From a virus (lineage: Duplodnaviria; Caudoviricetes), in IMG/VR virus record IMGVR_UViG_3300022602_000095, positions 1 through 62,503 of that record: a stretch of 62,503 nucleotides of DNA, one strand, 5' to 3'. The notes beneath the pieces are model-generated. The model was not told the DNA's origin. It did not search any database and was given only the letters and a program-made list of their open reading frames with translations. The translations under genes were made by a program, and so were the position numbers. This document shows positions 46,146 through 55,999 of the stretch, piece after piece. Position 1 is the first letter of the stretch. Each line of letters opens with the position of its first letter.

Positions 46146-46921
46146 ATATAGATTGATGTTTGATTAGGGTTAAAATAAAGTGAAGCTGTAGCCATGTTAG
46201 ATATTGGGTGTATAAAGTATTGGCCCTTTGAAAGCATATAAACTTCTAAATAGTTGTTCAAAGCATCTTCCTCTGTGCCGGGTAAAAAATGTGGTTCTTC
46301 ATCTGTTACAAAATTAGTGCGCCTTGTTTGAGGATTATATATACAACGTTTATACCGTTCAACAAATTTATTTAAATCATATATATTATCTACAGCTAAG
46401 CAAAGATAGGTTTCCTCATCGAAATTTTTATCAATATTATTGAAATAATCCTCTAATGAGGGTAAAGTGCCATTTGTTTGCTCACACCTTAATCGTTCAT
46501 TTCTTTTTAAAATACTAATAATTTTTTTGCCTGCAAGAGATTTAAAAGTATTGTTTAATATATCAATTTTTTGTTTTAATTTTTCGTTTGGTGAAAAATA
46601 CGATAATGTTTTGTTGAGGTTAATTCGCCACTCGTTATCATTACTATTGTAGTAATTACTAACATTATTGCCTGTAAATTCTTGTTGTGTATATTCTTCT
46701 AGTGTTATAATTTTTGTAATTGACTTTTTATTGTCATATACTTGAAAGAGTTTGCCAAACACCTCGCCGCAATTATATGCGAAAGCTCCATATGGCTGAC
46801 CGTATAAATCCCAGACTATTCTACATACATTGGGATTATCTTTTAAAAAGGTAGTTACCTTATTAAAATTTGAAAAAAAGCCACCTTCGTGATGCTTGAC
46901 TACGAGTTGAATATTATCCAT
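46142..46921 (-). CDS. O-fucosyltransferase/NodZ-like GT-B protein
   Basis: GGFFSNF start, LAVD, E...LSK...FI...SNM. Confidence 0.6.
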   Translation of the reverse strand: MDNIQLVVKHHEGGFFSNFNKVTTFLKDNPNVCRIVWDLYGQPYGAFAYNCGEVFGKLFQVYDNKKSITKIITLEEYTQQEFTGNNVSNYYNSNDNEWRINLNKTLSYFSPNEKLKQKIDILNNTFKSLAGKKIISILKRNERLRCEQTNGTLPSLEDYFNNIDKNFDEETYLCLAVDNIYDLNKFVERYKRCIYNPQTRRTNFVTDEEPHFLPGTEEDALNNYLEVYMLSKGQYFIHPISNMATASLYFNPNQTSIYI

Positions 46922-47759
46922 TTGCTTTTAATTTAAGTTGTTTAACAATATCAATAACCTTTTCCTTACTTACATATGGTGGTTGATTTGGATAATGACC
47001 GTGTTTTTTAAGATAAAGCTCACGACCGCCGTAGACATTTTTTTGCCATTGCTCAGATTGGTTCGCAATAGATGAATTATCAATAGCACCTGGCGCTTCT
47101 GTTAACAGCTCATGACTATTAGCCAAATCTGCAAACCACCAAAAAGGAGGGTGATAACCTGCTTTAATAATACAATATGTATGATCCACGTGTTCCCAGG
47201 CATTATAAAATTGTTCATCAATATACCCGATTTTATTAATAATTTCTCTTGTAAAGAATGAAAACATGGCAACTGTATGTTCATACAGAGCTATTTTACA
47301 GGTCTTATAATCCAGAATCATCTTCGGGTTTGGTTCAGTATCCTGATCTAATAAATGACGATTATGTAAATCAAAGTCTTGGATCTTTTGCTTACGATTG
47401 AAAGGTGAACCTGGGCCGTAATTAAAATGGTGTATACCAGAAACTTTATATGCTTCTATATATTGTTTAAAAACGGATTGATCTTTGATAATCATATCAT
47501 CCTCAATAATAAAGAAATAATCACAATCTTTAGCAACTAACTCTTTAAGAGCTATATTTTTTGCTTTACCAACACCAGTTCTGCCAGATGTTTTAATAAT
47601 ATTACCATCAAATACTGTTTTCGCAGTATCTTCATTACCATCATCAACGACGACAAGTGTATTGATACCTGTTTCTTCTATATTAACAGAAGCAATCAAA
47701 CTTTTTAAATACTCCGGCCTATCACATGTAACTATTCCTACTCCTATTTTTTCAGTCAT
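46914..47759 (-). CDS. GT2-family glycosyltransferase
   Basis: IVTCDRPEYL, VVVDDG, KAKN, IEDD, IGYIDEQF, WEHVD. Confidence 0.9.
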   Translation of the reverse strand: MTEKIGVGIVTCDRPEYLKSLIASVNIEETGINTLVVVDDGNEDTAKTVFDGNIIKTSGRTGVGKAKNIALKELVAKDCDYFFIIEDDMIIKDQSVFKQYIEAYKVSGIHHFNYGPGSPFNRKQKIQDFDLHNRHLLDQDTEPNPKMILDYKTCKIALYEHTVAMFSFFTREIINKIGYIDEQFYNAWEHVDHTYCIIKAGYHPPFWWFADLANSHELLTEAPGAIDNSSIANQSEQWQKNVYGGRELYLKKHGHYPNQPPYVSKEKVIDIVKQLKLKANG

Positions 47760-47795
47760 ATGGTTAATCCATATATATTACTATAAATACTATCG

Positions 47796-48686
47796 ATGGC
47801 AACAAATCCTACCAATAGTACTACAGTAAGTATTTTAAACTTACCACAAGCTCAGCTTGCAACAGCTACTGATAACCTTGTATTACAAACAACTAATGGT
47901 ACGCAGATCATTTCTTTTCAAAACTTTAATGTTGTGAAGACAGATATTAATGGTAATGCTACAGTTGTGGGAGACCTTTCCGGTAATAACGCAACGTTTA
48001 TTGGTGGTATTAATACTGTAACATTAACAGCTTCGCAATACTACACAACAGGTGGACAGAAAGGATACAACCCACCACTGCCTGGTATTAACTACTACGA
48101 TAGTTTTACAATTGCTAATGGTTTAATTGTTAGCGCTATACCAACAAGTGTTGATTATATCAACAATCCTATTTATACGACTCTCAATACACAAATTACA
48201 GGTCTTTCATCAACTTTTAATTCCCAATTAACATCAATATCTGCAACACTGAATACGCAGCTAACGGCTATGTCCAGCTACGTTACAACACAGCTTCAAG
48301 CAGCAACAGCTAGCTATGGTACACAGCTCAATACACTTACAAGTTATTCAACGGGTATATACGATGCTACTGTCAATGCATCTATACAGCCTGCAGCTAA
48401 TGGCTCCTTAAGTGGTGTTATTGTCCCATTTACAAATTTCTTTAATGGGTTGCCGTTAGGTATAAATCAAATTATACCATCAGACTTTATTTTATCACCT
48501 GCTGCAACTACTGTAGCACAAGCTACTGCCTACTATGCTGCAGCACCATTTATTGCGCAGGGTAGTATTTCTTCTATTAACGGTGGTACAGGGTTACAAG
48601 TAACAGTCAGTGCAGCTAATATTGTTTCAGCACAGTTACCAATTAACGTAAGACTACTTGTATCGTACAACGCGGCACCGCATTAA
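47796..48686 (+). CDS. Ser/Thr/Asn-rich virion fibre-like protein
   Basis: TATAAATA late promoter; I.NLP...N-terminal motif; central coiled-coil LNTQ(I/L)T repeats. Confidence 0.55.
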   Translation: MATNPTNSTTVSILNLPQAQLATATDNLVLQTTNGTQIISFQNFNVVKTDINGNATVVGDLSGNNATFIGGINTVTLTASQYYTTGGQKGYNPPLPGINYYDSFTIANGLIVSAIPTSVDYINNPIYTTLNTQITGLSSTFNSQLTSISATLNTQLTAMSSYVTTQLQAATASYGTQLNTLTSYSTGIYDATVNASIQPAANGSLSGVIVPFTNFFNGLPLGINQIIPSDFILSPAATTVAQATAYYAAAPFIAQGSISSINGGTGLQVTVSAANIVSAQLPINVRLLVSYNAAPH

Positions 48687-49444
48687 TCTACGGTTTCATC
48701 ACCTAGGGTTTTAGCACGTACAATATTTGTACGGAATTTCTCTTCCTGAAGTTCAGCAGACTGAACTTCCTTTTGATCACCCATAAGCTTAGCAATAAGA
48801 TCGAGATTCTTTGAATCTAAAACACTTGTTTCCTCTACAACCGCTTTACCTTCTGCATCAATATAAAATTCAACCATAGCAATACGTTCTTCTCTTGTAC
48901 CAAATACTTCAATAATAGGTGGCCGATCTTCATCTGGAAAAAATGGTGAGGCACCAGTACGAGTATAACTATATTCAATAGCTTTGAATATATTGTCAAT
49001 CTCTTTAATATAGTCTTCCTCTATATTACGTGTATCACGTGCTTCTTTTGGAATAGGTGAGAATTTAGTAATAGGTGTAAAGAATATGATATCTAATGAA
49101 TGCATCGTTTCTTTAACGAGTGGTATACATTTCTGTATAAACTCATCACTAATAATCTTGTTATCCTTTGCATTAGCCCATAGAGAATATACAAGATTAT
49201 CTAAAGCACAGCGATCGAAAAGTACAAAATCATCTTTAGATGTTTTTTGAATATCATCTAAAAGACAATTTAGAATCTTCCATTGCCCTTCCTCGGTAAC
49301 GTCCTTATTAAGAGGTATATTTTCTGTTTTAATTGCAGTACGATACGATTCTTCAGACCGTTTGTACATTGGCCATTTTTTAATAATATCATCAATTAAT
49401 GTACTCTTACCCTGACAAGCTGAACCGGAGATTGCAATACGCAT
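48683..49444 (-). CDS. P-loop nucleotide kinase (AAA_28-like), second copy
   Basis: GSACQGKST, DRCALD. Confidence 0.8.
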   Translation of the reverse strand: MRIAISGSACQGKSTLIDDIIKKWPMYKRSEESYRTAIKTENIPLNKDVTEEGQWKILNCLLDDIQKTSKDDFVLFDRCALDNLVYSLWANAKDNKIISDEFIQKCIPLVKETMHSLDIIFFTPITKFSPIPKEARDTRNIEEDYIKEIDNIFKAIEYSYTRTGASPFFPDEDRPPIIEVFGTREERIAMVEFYIDAEGKAVVEETSVLDSKNLDLIAKLMGDQKEVQSAELQEEKFRTNIVRAKTLGDETVD

Positions 49445-49474
49445 ATGCTTTATTTAGCTTAAATTAATAATTTA

Positions 49475-50251
49475 TCAAACTCGTAATGCCTTATCCCAAA
49501 TTACCAGCTGTAGACGTGGGCTAAAATTAACGCAGAGTGCTTTTGCATATTCAGCAACAGTTGCAGCTTTTTCTGTATGTTCGGCGCGGGAACCGCAGCA
49601 AGGCATAAACCAGATGCGGTTAAGTGGTATATTGATACCTTCTTTATCGTCAACATATTTGCGCCAAATTTCTTCAATATCCTCAGAGCGGTTAATAACA
49701 AACTTAAATCCAGATTTATATTTTACATGCCAGCGCAAAACTTCAGGTACATATGTTTTATCCTCAGGATCACCGTTAGAAATAAGTTTTGGTGATGTAG
49801 TAAAAGTTGCACCATATATACCATTAACGTGGTCCTTCGGATGTAACCAGCGAGCGTCTGGTGTGATTGTAGCATTAGTCTCAAAATCAATACGTGGTAT
49901 GAAATTATACCGCTCAGTAAATTTTCTAATAAAGTTTAACAAAGGTGTCTGTCGGAGCATTGGTTCACCGCCTGTTAATTTAAGTATAGCACCGTACCGT
50001 AAGTGTTCAATAAAACCGTGTTGCTCATAAAAAGCAAACATCTCATCAAATGTATATTTATTTTTCTTAGACCATGAAATATATGAATCGCACCCGTGAG
50101 GTGAATCCGTGGATGAGAAGCCTTTGCACGTAAGGTTGCAGCCAAATAATCTCAAAAAAACTGAGGGTTTACCTACATGTTCACCTTCCCCTTCTACTGT
50201 GAGAAATCCTGGTCCATCATCACTAATAAGTAAATAATCTTGTTCATCCAT
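49475..50251 (-). CDS. queE: 7-carboxy-7-deazaguanine synthase (radical SAM)
   Basis: T.EGEG..G.PSVFLRL.GCNL.C, TGGEP, ETN, SPK, SPRL. Confidence 0.9.
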   Translation of the reverse strand: MDEQDYLLISDDGPGFLTVEGEGEHVGKPSVFLRLFGCNLTCKGFSSTDSPHGCDSYISWSKKNKYTFDEMFAFYEQHGFIEHLRYGAILKLTGGEPMLRQTPLLNFIRKFTERYNFIPRIDFETNATITPDARWLHPKDHVNGIYGATFTTSPKLISNGDPEDKTYVPEVLRWHVKYKSGFKFVINRSEDIEEIWRKYVDDKEGINIPLNRIWFMPCCGSRAEHTEKAATVAEYAKALCVNFSPRLQLVIWDKALRV

Positions 50252-50252
50252 A

Positions 50253-50891
50253 TTACTGTATTATAATAGAATAAAAATCGCTTGCAAGCATTTCCTTCGA
50301 TGGATTCGAATTATACTGCATGCGATAGACCTTCCATCCAGCTTGTTTTAATATTTTATCTCTTTTTTTATCAGGTGTTCTTATTGTTTTTTGATTTAAT
50401 TTATGCCAATACATTCCATCATATTCAATGTTTATTTTTAATTCAGGTATAGCTATATCAAGGTATATTTTATGATCATCTTTAATTTTAAATTCATAAT
50501 CTAATATAGCGGTCGGAAATTTATGTAATACTATTTCATATAATAATCTTTGTGGTTTACTAATACGTTTAGCAAATTTTCTAATATTATTTTTCTTCAA
50601 CCATTTACTTCGCTTTTGTTTCATTTCTGTTGCTTTACTTCCATATAATTGTTCATATGTTTTACCGCGTGAGTGACCTGCAACAGATTTAAATCCTTTA
50701 GCTCTAGAGTGATTATTGTTTTGCTTTAACTTCGATAATATATTTGACTCATTAAATATACGAACTATCTTCAATACGGTAGGCCAACTTAATTTTATTT
50801 TTTTAGCTATTTGTGTAGTCGAAAATCCGTGCACTATTAATGTACAAATAATTTTATAATCATTTTTATATTTTTTAGTATAATCTACCAT
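50253..50891 (-). CDS. DUF559/Vsr-like homing endonuclease with N-terminal HTH
   Basis: GKTYEQLYG, LDIAIP..KINIEYDG.YWH, D.KRD..L..AGWKV; own TATAAATA promoter. Confidence 0.8.
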   Translation of the reverse strand: MVDYTKKYKNDYKIICTLIVHGFSTTQIAKKIKLSWPTVLKIVRIFNESNILSKLKQNNNHSRAKGFKSVAGHSRGKTYEQLYGSKATEMKQKRSKWLKKNNIRKFAKRISKPQRLLYEIVLHKFPTAILDYEFKIKDDHKIYLDIAIPELKINIEYDGMYWHKLNQKTIRTPDKKRDKILKQAGWKVYRMQYNSNPSKEMLASDFYSIIIQ

Positions 50892-50995
50892 ATATGCTTA
50901 TTTATAATTCGACCCTGTATTGTATAGAATAAATTATAATTTAATGTTTAATTGTCTTACATAAATCAAGGCTCAAATTGATTAAATAATTGTAG

Positions 50996-51823
50996 ATGAA
51001 AAAGAAGAAGGCTACGAAAGTAGCCCCACCATCGGGTGCCATCTCGGTTGAAAAACCAGCTGACACATCACTATACGTAGCCCAAAGAGAAAAAATTGAT
51101 TTCACTCTTAATGTTCGAGAGCTTCCTTGGACAGATAAGCAAAAAGAAATTATAAATTTATTTCTTGATAAGAATACAAAGTTAATGATTCTCAAGGGTC
51201 CAGCTGGTACATCAAAGACTATTCTTTCAATGTATCTTGGCTTACAACTTCTTAATATGAAGAAAGTATCAGATATTGTACTTGTACGTTCAGCCGTTGA
51301 AAGCTCTGATTCAAAACTTGGCTATCTTCCTGGCGATATTAATGAAAAGGTTAATGTATATATGACACCTTTCAATGAGAAGTTTTCTGAGCTTATCGTT
51401 GAGCCACAAATTCACCGTTTACATAAGGATAACCGCATTACAATCTGTCCGATTAATTTTGCACGAGGTCTTCACTTTGCTGTTAAATTCGTATGTTGTG
51501 ATGAGAGTCAAAATTTGACAATTCGTGAATTACAAACTTTATTTACACGTATGGGTGAATTTAGTAAAATGATTATATGCGGTGATCCGGATCAGTCAGA
51601 CTTACCTTACGGTAAGTCAGGCTTTAATACTGTATATAAGGCTTTCGATAACGACGATGCTAAATTACATGGTGTACATTGTGTAGAGCTAACTGAGGAT
51701 CATATCGTTCGTTCTGAACTCTGCCGTTATGTAACGCATATATTTAAAGGCATTATGCCTGTTACAAATACAAAGGAAACTAACGGTAAAGATTACAGAC
51801 CGTCAGACTCTAAATTTCATTAA
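50996..51823 (+). CDS. phoH: PhoH-family ATPase
   Basis: GPAGTSKT, LGYLPGD, DESQN, TRMGE, GDPDQSD, IVRS. Confidence 0.95.
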   Translation: MKKKKATKVAPPSGAISVEKPADTSLYVAQREKIDFTLNVRELPWTDKQKEIINLFLDKNTKLMILKGPAGTSKTILSMYLGLQLLNMKKVSDIVLVRSAVESSDSKLGYLPGDINEKVNVYMTPFNEKFSELIVEPQIHRLHKDNRITICPINFARGLHFAVKFVCCDESQNLTIRELQTLFTRMGEFSKMIICGDPDQSDLPYGKSGFNTVYKAFDNDDAKLHGVHCVELTEDHIVRSELCRYVTHIFKGIMPVTNTKETNGKDYRPSDSKFH

Positions 51824-52214
51824 GAGATTTTAGCTCTTCAAGTGCTCGTAATACAGCATCGTTAGCTTGATGTATATCATCACTTGATTGATCTTTAATT
51901 ATAGGTGTAAAGTTAGTATTCACTTTACTATCTGGTATAAGGTTATGTTCAGCAGCTACTTTAGATAGTGTTGCTTGGAGCTGATGTATAAGAGGATCAG
52001 GCTCTCTTTCAATGAGAGAGCTTGGATTTAAATTTGTAGATAATCTTGTTACAGCAACACTACCAACGGGTTTAACCTGGGTATTATAAATGTCACCAAG
52101 CTTTTGATTGTTATTAACAATTGAATCAATAAATTCAGGAGCAAATTTACCTTGTATTTTAAAATGATCCGATATTTCACCGCCATACTGCTGTTGCAGT
52201 GTTTCAGCGTTCAT
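51810..52214 (-). CDS. hypothetical protein
   Basis: ORF overlapping the queD stop. Confidence 0.6.
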   Translation of the reverse strand: MNAETLQQQYGGEISDHFKIQGKFAPEFIDSIVNNNQKLGDIYNTQVKPVGSVAVTRLSTNLNPSSLIEREPDPLIHQLQATLSKVAAEHNLIPDSKVNTNFTPIIKDQSSDDIHQANDAVLRALEELKSLNEI

Positions 52215-52897
52215 CGTCCCCAGCTAGTACCGCCAAAGAAATTTGAATAACCTGATGTTACAGGGTTACGTAATGGTACCGGGCCATTTTTTGGCTTGTC
52301 AGGTGATGACGGTGCTGGAGGAGTTTCAATAGGATATAAAATTTGTTCAGTAGCTTGATGTTGTGGTTCAGTATTGACTGCATCAATAGGTGTAGCTTCT
52401 ATAGGTGTTGTATATGTCGATTGAATCGGTGTAGTATAACTTGTTGAATATGTAACCGGACGCTGTTCGCCGTAAATAGCAGAATTTGCTTCATGTTCAA
52501 ATACTTCAACTTTTTCAACCCAACACCGATCACCATAATTATTTTTAAGCCATGTTGTAGCTGCTTTAAAGCAAAATTCAGCAGTCTTTTCAATACCTAC
52601 AGAATCCATAATGCGAAGGTCACATCCTCCCATATTGTGTAAGTGTTGAAATATTTCAAGCAATGGATCATCACTCGCAACACATAATGTGTGATCAAAT
52701 TGATGTTGTAGTTCAGCCTTTAATGTTTTAAGACTAGCGAAGTCAACAACCCAGTTTTTTTCATCAAGTGATGATGCTGAAAAATAAAATTTAGCTAATA
52801 ATTGATACCCGTGAATTTTTGAACAATGTGAAGTAGCTCTCCATTGTCTAAAGGCACAAGATCCAAGTTCGATAAGTTTAGTACTCTGATAACTCAT
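52211..52897 (-). CDS. queD: 6-carboxy-5,6,7,8-tetrahydropterin synthase with Pro/Thr-rich C-terminal extension
   Basis: SHCSKIHGY, WVVDF, FDH, E...NSA. Confidence 0.9.
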   Translation of the reverse strand: MSYQSTKLIELGSCAFRQWRATSHCSKIHGYQLLAKFYFSASSLDEKNWVVDFASLKTLKAELQHQFDHTLCVASDDPLLEIFQHLHNMGGCDLRIMDSVGIEKTAEFCFKAATTWLKNNYGDRCWVEKVEVFEHEANSAIYGEQRPVTYSTSYTTPIQSTYTTPIEATPIDAVNTEPQHQATEQILYPIETPPAPSSPDKPKNGPVPLRNPVTSGYSNFFGGTSWGR

Positions 52898-53028
52898 AAA
52901 GATAGTATGTCTCGGAAAAAACAGAAATCAACAGGAAAATTATATAAAAAAAAAATAACTCTCTACCGTCCCTTCTCTCAAATCCTATATTCTCTATTAG
53001 TTATTCTTGGTAAAAAATAAATCAACTA

Positions 53029-53223
53029 TTAGAGTAGAATTTTTAGCAAATTATTTACAACCTGATCAAAACTCTCATGCGCGTGTTTGCTTATTTCTAT
53101 GGCTGCAATACGCTTTCTAGCCTTTTCTTTCGATGCGGAAGCACCTGGTACAGTATGCATCTTACCATTCTTTTTATAACGAACTTTGTAACCTGCTTTG
53201 GATTTTTGAATATTGTATGGCAT
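53029..53223 (-). CDS. small basic protein
   Basis: MPYNIQKSK...KEKARKRIAAIEISK. Confidence 0.6.
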   Translation of the reverse strand: MPYNIQKSKAGYKVRYKKNGKMHTVPGASASKEKARKRIAAIEISKHAHESFDQVVNNLLKILL

Positions 53224-53225
53224 AA

Positions 53226-54068
53226 TTATCTTCTTCTATTTACTGGTGATTTACTATGCAATGGATGTGATGGTAAATTCATTTCTGTTTCATCTTTCTT
53301 CGTTGGCGGCTTAACGGGTACACCAGCCTTTGTCTGTGTAGCACCTTTTGTTATAGGTACAGCCGGTATCGTAGCTTTAGAAGGTTGAGTTGAAGGTTGT
53401 GGTATTTGTGTAGTTACTGCAGGTGTTTGTTGGGTAGTAGGCGTTACTGTATTACCTTGTTGTAGATCTATATTATCCGGTTCATTATACACATCTTGAG
53501 CTATCCTATTGAGATCAGAGCTTCTAATCGATGGCATTCCTTTTTTTATTATCGTATCAATTTCTTCAACCGTCTTTGCATCTTTTATCTTTGATTTAAC
53601 AGAAGGGATCAATTTTTGTCCATATCTATCATTAAGTTTTTCTCTGTACTTACTTACAAAAACTTCCTGTTCTTTTTCTCTTTCGTACGATTGACCGTAT
53701 TGACGAATAGTATTACTTGCTTTTTGAGGTGCACCAGTAATTGCTTTACCGGTACTTGCCACTGCACCCCCAACATTTGAAACAGCGCCACCGACTTTAT
53801 TCGCTAAAGCTGCACCTTGCGTACCGCCAAGGGCACCGTATACTTTACCAGCACCTTGAATCACCTTACCGGCTAATTGACCTAATTTACCTAATCCTTG
53901 AATAGTTCGACCTGGTACTTGAGCTACACCCTTAATAGCTCCTTTAGCCATTTTTTTACCTATAGGCTTTTTTGCAGCTGCATTACCGGCACGTTTTGCA
54001 GCATTAACATAATCACTTAATGTACCTTCGTTGAGTACGAGCTCAGCTAAATCGTTAAAATTATTCAT
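53226..54068 (-). CDS. Gly/Ala/Lys-rich putative internal head protein
   Basis: MNNFNDLAELVLNEG capsid-targeting-like start; amphipathic GA repeats. Confidence 0.6.
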   Translation of the reverse strand: MNNFNDLAELVLNEGTLSDYVNAAKRAGNAAAKKPIGKKMAKGAIKGVAQVPGRTIQGLGKLGQLAGKVIQGAGKVYGALGGTQGAALANKVGGAVSNVGGAVASTGKAITGAPQKASNTIRQYGQSYEREKEQEVFVSKYREKLNDRYGQKLIPSVKSKIKDAKTVEEIDTIIKKGMPSIRSSDLNRIAQDVYNEPDNIDLQQGNTVTPTTQQTPAVTTQIPQPSTQPSKATIPAVPITKGATQTKAGVPVKPPTKKDETEMNLPSHPLHSKSPVNRRR

Positions 54069-54489
54069 TGGCTATATAATATTTATAAAGTTGAACTATC
54101 TCTTCTTCCGATAGACCTCTATCTTTAAGGAAAAACTCTACATCGTCGATTGATTCAGCAGCATGAAGCTGCTGTATAAGAGGTTCATCAATTGCAACAT
54201 CGAGAGCTAATATAATAAATTCCTTTAGCGCGTTTAAGTTATCGTTAATGTTTACGTATTGGGATAAATGTTGATTTGGTACATCCATAACAGTCATACT
54301 ACCGTCAGAATTAGGTGATATAACAAGTACTTTTGTAAGTTCTTGATCTTCAGCAAGTACATACCCTTCATATCCATTACATTTCGTTAAATCCTCAGCA
54401 ACGTTCACTGAAGCAGGGTCAACTCTAATACGCACTTTCTTAAGAGATACTTTTTGTAAACTCTCTAAAATGATCTTATCATACTTCAT
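54061..54489 (-). CDS. hypothetical protein
   Basis: MKYDKIILES start; GYEGYVL.E. Confidence 0.6.
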   Translation of the reverse strand: MKYDKIILESLQKVSLKKVRIRVDPASVNVAEDLTKCNGYEGYVLAEDQELTKVLVISPNSDGSMTVMDVPNQHLSQYVNINDNLNALKEFIILALDVAIDEPLIQQLHAAESIDDVEFFLKDRGLSEEEIVQLYKYYIANE

Positions 54490-54537
54490 CGCTATTATTT
54501 ATGTTGAACTAGATTAAGCTGCTAGTATAATATGGTT

Positions 54538-55188
54538 ATGTCTGAATATACAAAAGTTGTTAAGCTTAAAGAAGCTAACGGTAATCATCCACGTACAGAA
54601 GATGAAAAGAGGGCTATTATTGAAAAGGCTGCAGCAGCATACGAAGTTTACCTCGATGCTCTTGGATTCGAGTGGCGTAATGATCCTAATAGCTCTGGTA
54701 CCCCACTTAGAGTAGCTAAAGCATTTGTTAATGATCTAGCTGCTGGATGTTATGAAAATCCTCCTAAGATTACATCGTTTCCAAGTAACGGGTATGATGG
54801 TATGGTATTTCAAGGAGGTATTCCTGTCAAATCAATGTGCAGTCATCACCATTTAGCGTTTACAGGGGTTGCGCACGTTGCATATATCCCATCAAAAGAA
54901 GGTCGAGTAATTGGTCTTTCAAAGCTTAATCGTATTGTAGAGCATTATGCTCGTAGACCTCAGATTCAAGAGTCGATGACAGTACAGATTCATACAGCTA
55001 TTAATGATGTATGCGAATTAAATGACGGTGTGGCAGTGGTAGTAAGCGCTACCCATACCTGCGCGTGTTTACGTGGAGTAAAGCATGATGGTTGCGAGAT
55101 GAAGACATCTAAGCTTTCCGGTGACTTCCTTGATGATGCAGCAACAAGGGCAGAGTTTTATAACTTTGTTGCTGATATGAAAAGCTAA
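54538..55188 (+). CDS. folE: GTP cyclohydrolase I
   Basis: TP.RVAKA, SMCSHH, GLSKLNR, RRPQIQE, HTCAC.RG; start 6 nt after TATAAT. Confidence 0.95.
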   Translation: MSEYTKVVKLKEANGNHPRTEDEKRAIIEKAAAAYEVYLDALGFEWRNDPNSSGTPLRVAKAFVNDLAAGCYENPPKITSFPSNGYDGMVFQGGIPVKSMCSHHHLAFTGVAHVAYIPSKEGRVIGLSKLNRIVEHYARRPQIQESMTVQIHTAINDVCELNDGVAVVVSATHTCACLRGVKHDGCEMKTSKLSGDFLDDAATRAEFYNFVADMKS

Positions 55189-55595
55189 ACACCCTGCTTT
55201 ACATCTACTAAAGCGTTGAGCCGTTTAATAAACGGCTCTCCTATTAATATTTGCTGTTCATTATCAGCGCGATCAGCTATACTAAAAGTGATATCTTTAT
55301 AATGTTTATTCTTTAAAGTAATATCGAATACAACCGTTGGGCGGCTCTCGATGTTACCACTACCAATATTAATATCAATATTGCCAGTGCAAGGGAGTGT
55401 AATTTTTTTATCATTAATAGTAGTAAAGGTTACGGTATCATCTCCGTTGTGTTTAATGTCTACACCGTGTAGTACATTATAAGCTTCATTACCACTATCT
55501 ATCTTAGCAACAACAGATCCAATCCCATCTATTGTTATATATTCTGTAACTCCAAGAATAGGTCTACTTTGTGTAAAGTCTTTAAATGTTTTCAT
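55185..55595 (-). CDS. RimK-associated retropepsin-like protease
   Basis: AKIDSGN, ESRP.V, F.IADR, LIG; MKTFKDF start. Confidence 0.8.
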   Translation of the reverse strand: MKTFKDFTQSRPILGVTEYITIDGIGSVVAKIDSGNEAYNVLHGVDIKHNGDDTVTFTTINDKKITLPCTGNIDINIGSGNIESRPTVVFDITLKNKHYKDITFSIADRADNEQQILIGEPFIKRLNALVDVKQGV

Positions 55596-55601
55596 ATAAA
55601 A

Positions 55602-55850
55602 TTATTTTTTCTTCCAGGAAATTCTTTTTGAACTCTTTTTCTTGTTCTTACTACTGTTACACATTGCCATTGTTGGGCGACATGCTGGGTACCCGCGTCT
55701 CTTCTCACCTTTCTGTCTACCACAAGGTTTACCCGTCTTGCAATCTACCCATCCCTTACCATGATTACGTGCAAACCAGCCATGGAGACCTTCTTTCTTT
55801 TCCTTCTCAAAGCCTTCTAATATAAGATTGACTAGGTTATCGAATTTCAT
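55602..55850 (-). CDS. small Cys-containing basic protein
   Basis: GL.GWF...GWVDC.TG.PCGR...YPACRP. Confidence 0.7.
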   Translation of the reverse strand: MKFDNLVNLILEGFEKEKKEGLHGWFARNHGKGWVDCKTGKPCGRQKGEKRRGYPACRPTMAMCNSSKNKKKSSKRISWKKK

Positions 55851-55999
55851 TTCTTTTTCCAGATCTTACCTTGGCGACATTTTACTACAGCACCGGACTT
55901 ATAAGCTGATGTTTTACTACCGTATACTGCATCAGCTCTACGTAAACAACGATCACGCTTAACCTTTTTTTCGGTAAGAAATTGCTTGAAAGTTAGCAT
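55847..55999 (-). CDS. 50-aa basic peptide (not in ORF track)
   Basis: MLTFKQFLTEKKVKRDRCLRRADAVYGSKTSAYKSGAVVKCRQGKIWKKK; overlaps both neighbours. Confidence 0.7.
   Translation of the reverse strand: MLTFKQFLTEKKVKRDRCLRRADAVYGSKTSAYKSGAVVKCRQGKIWKKK

Noticed and set aside
50253-50940. Group I intron interrupting queE
   Set aside because: QueE appears complete from its own Met, and no upstream exon or intron core was seen; the endonuclease looks free-standing
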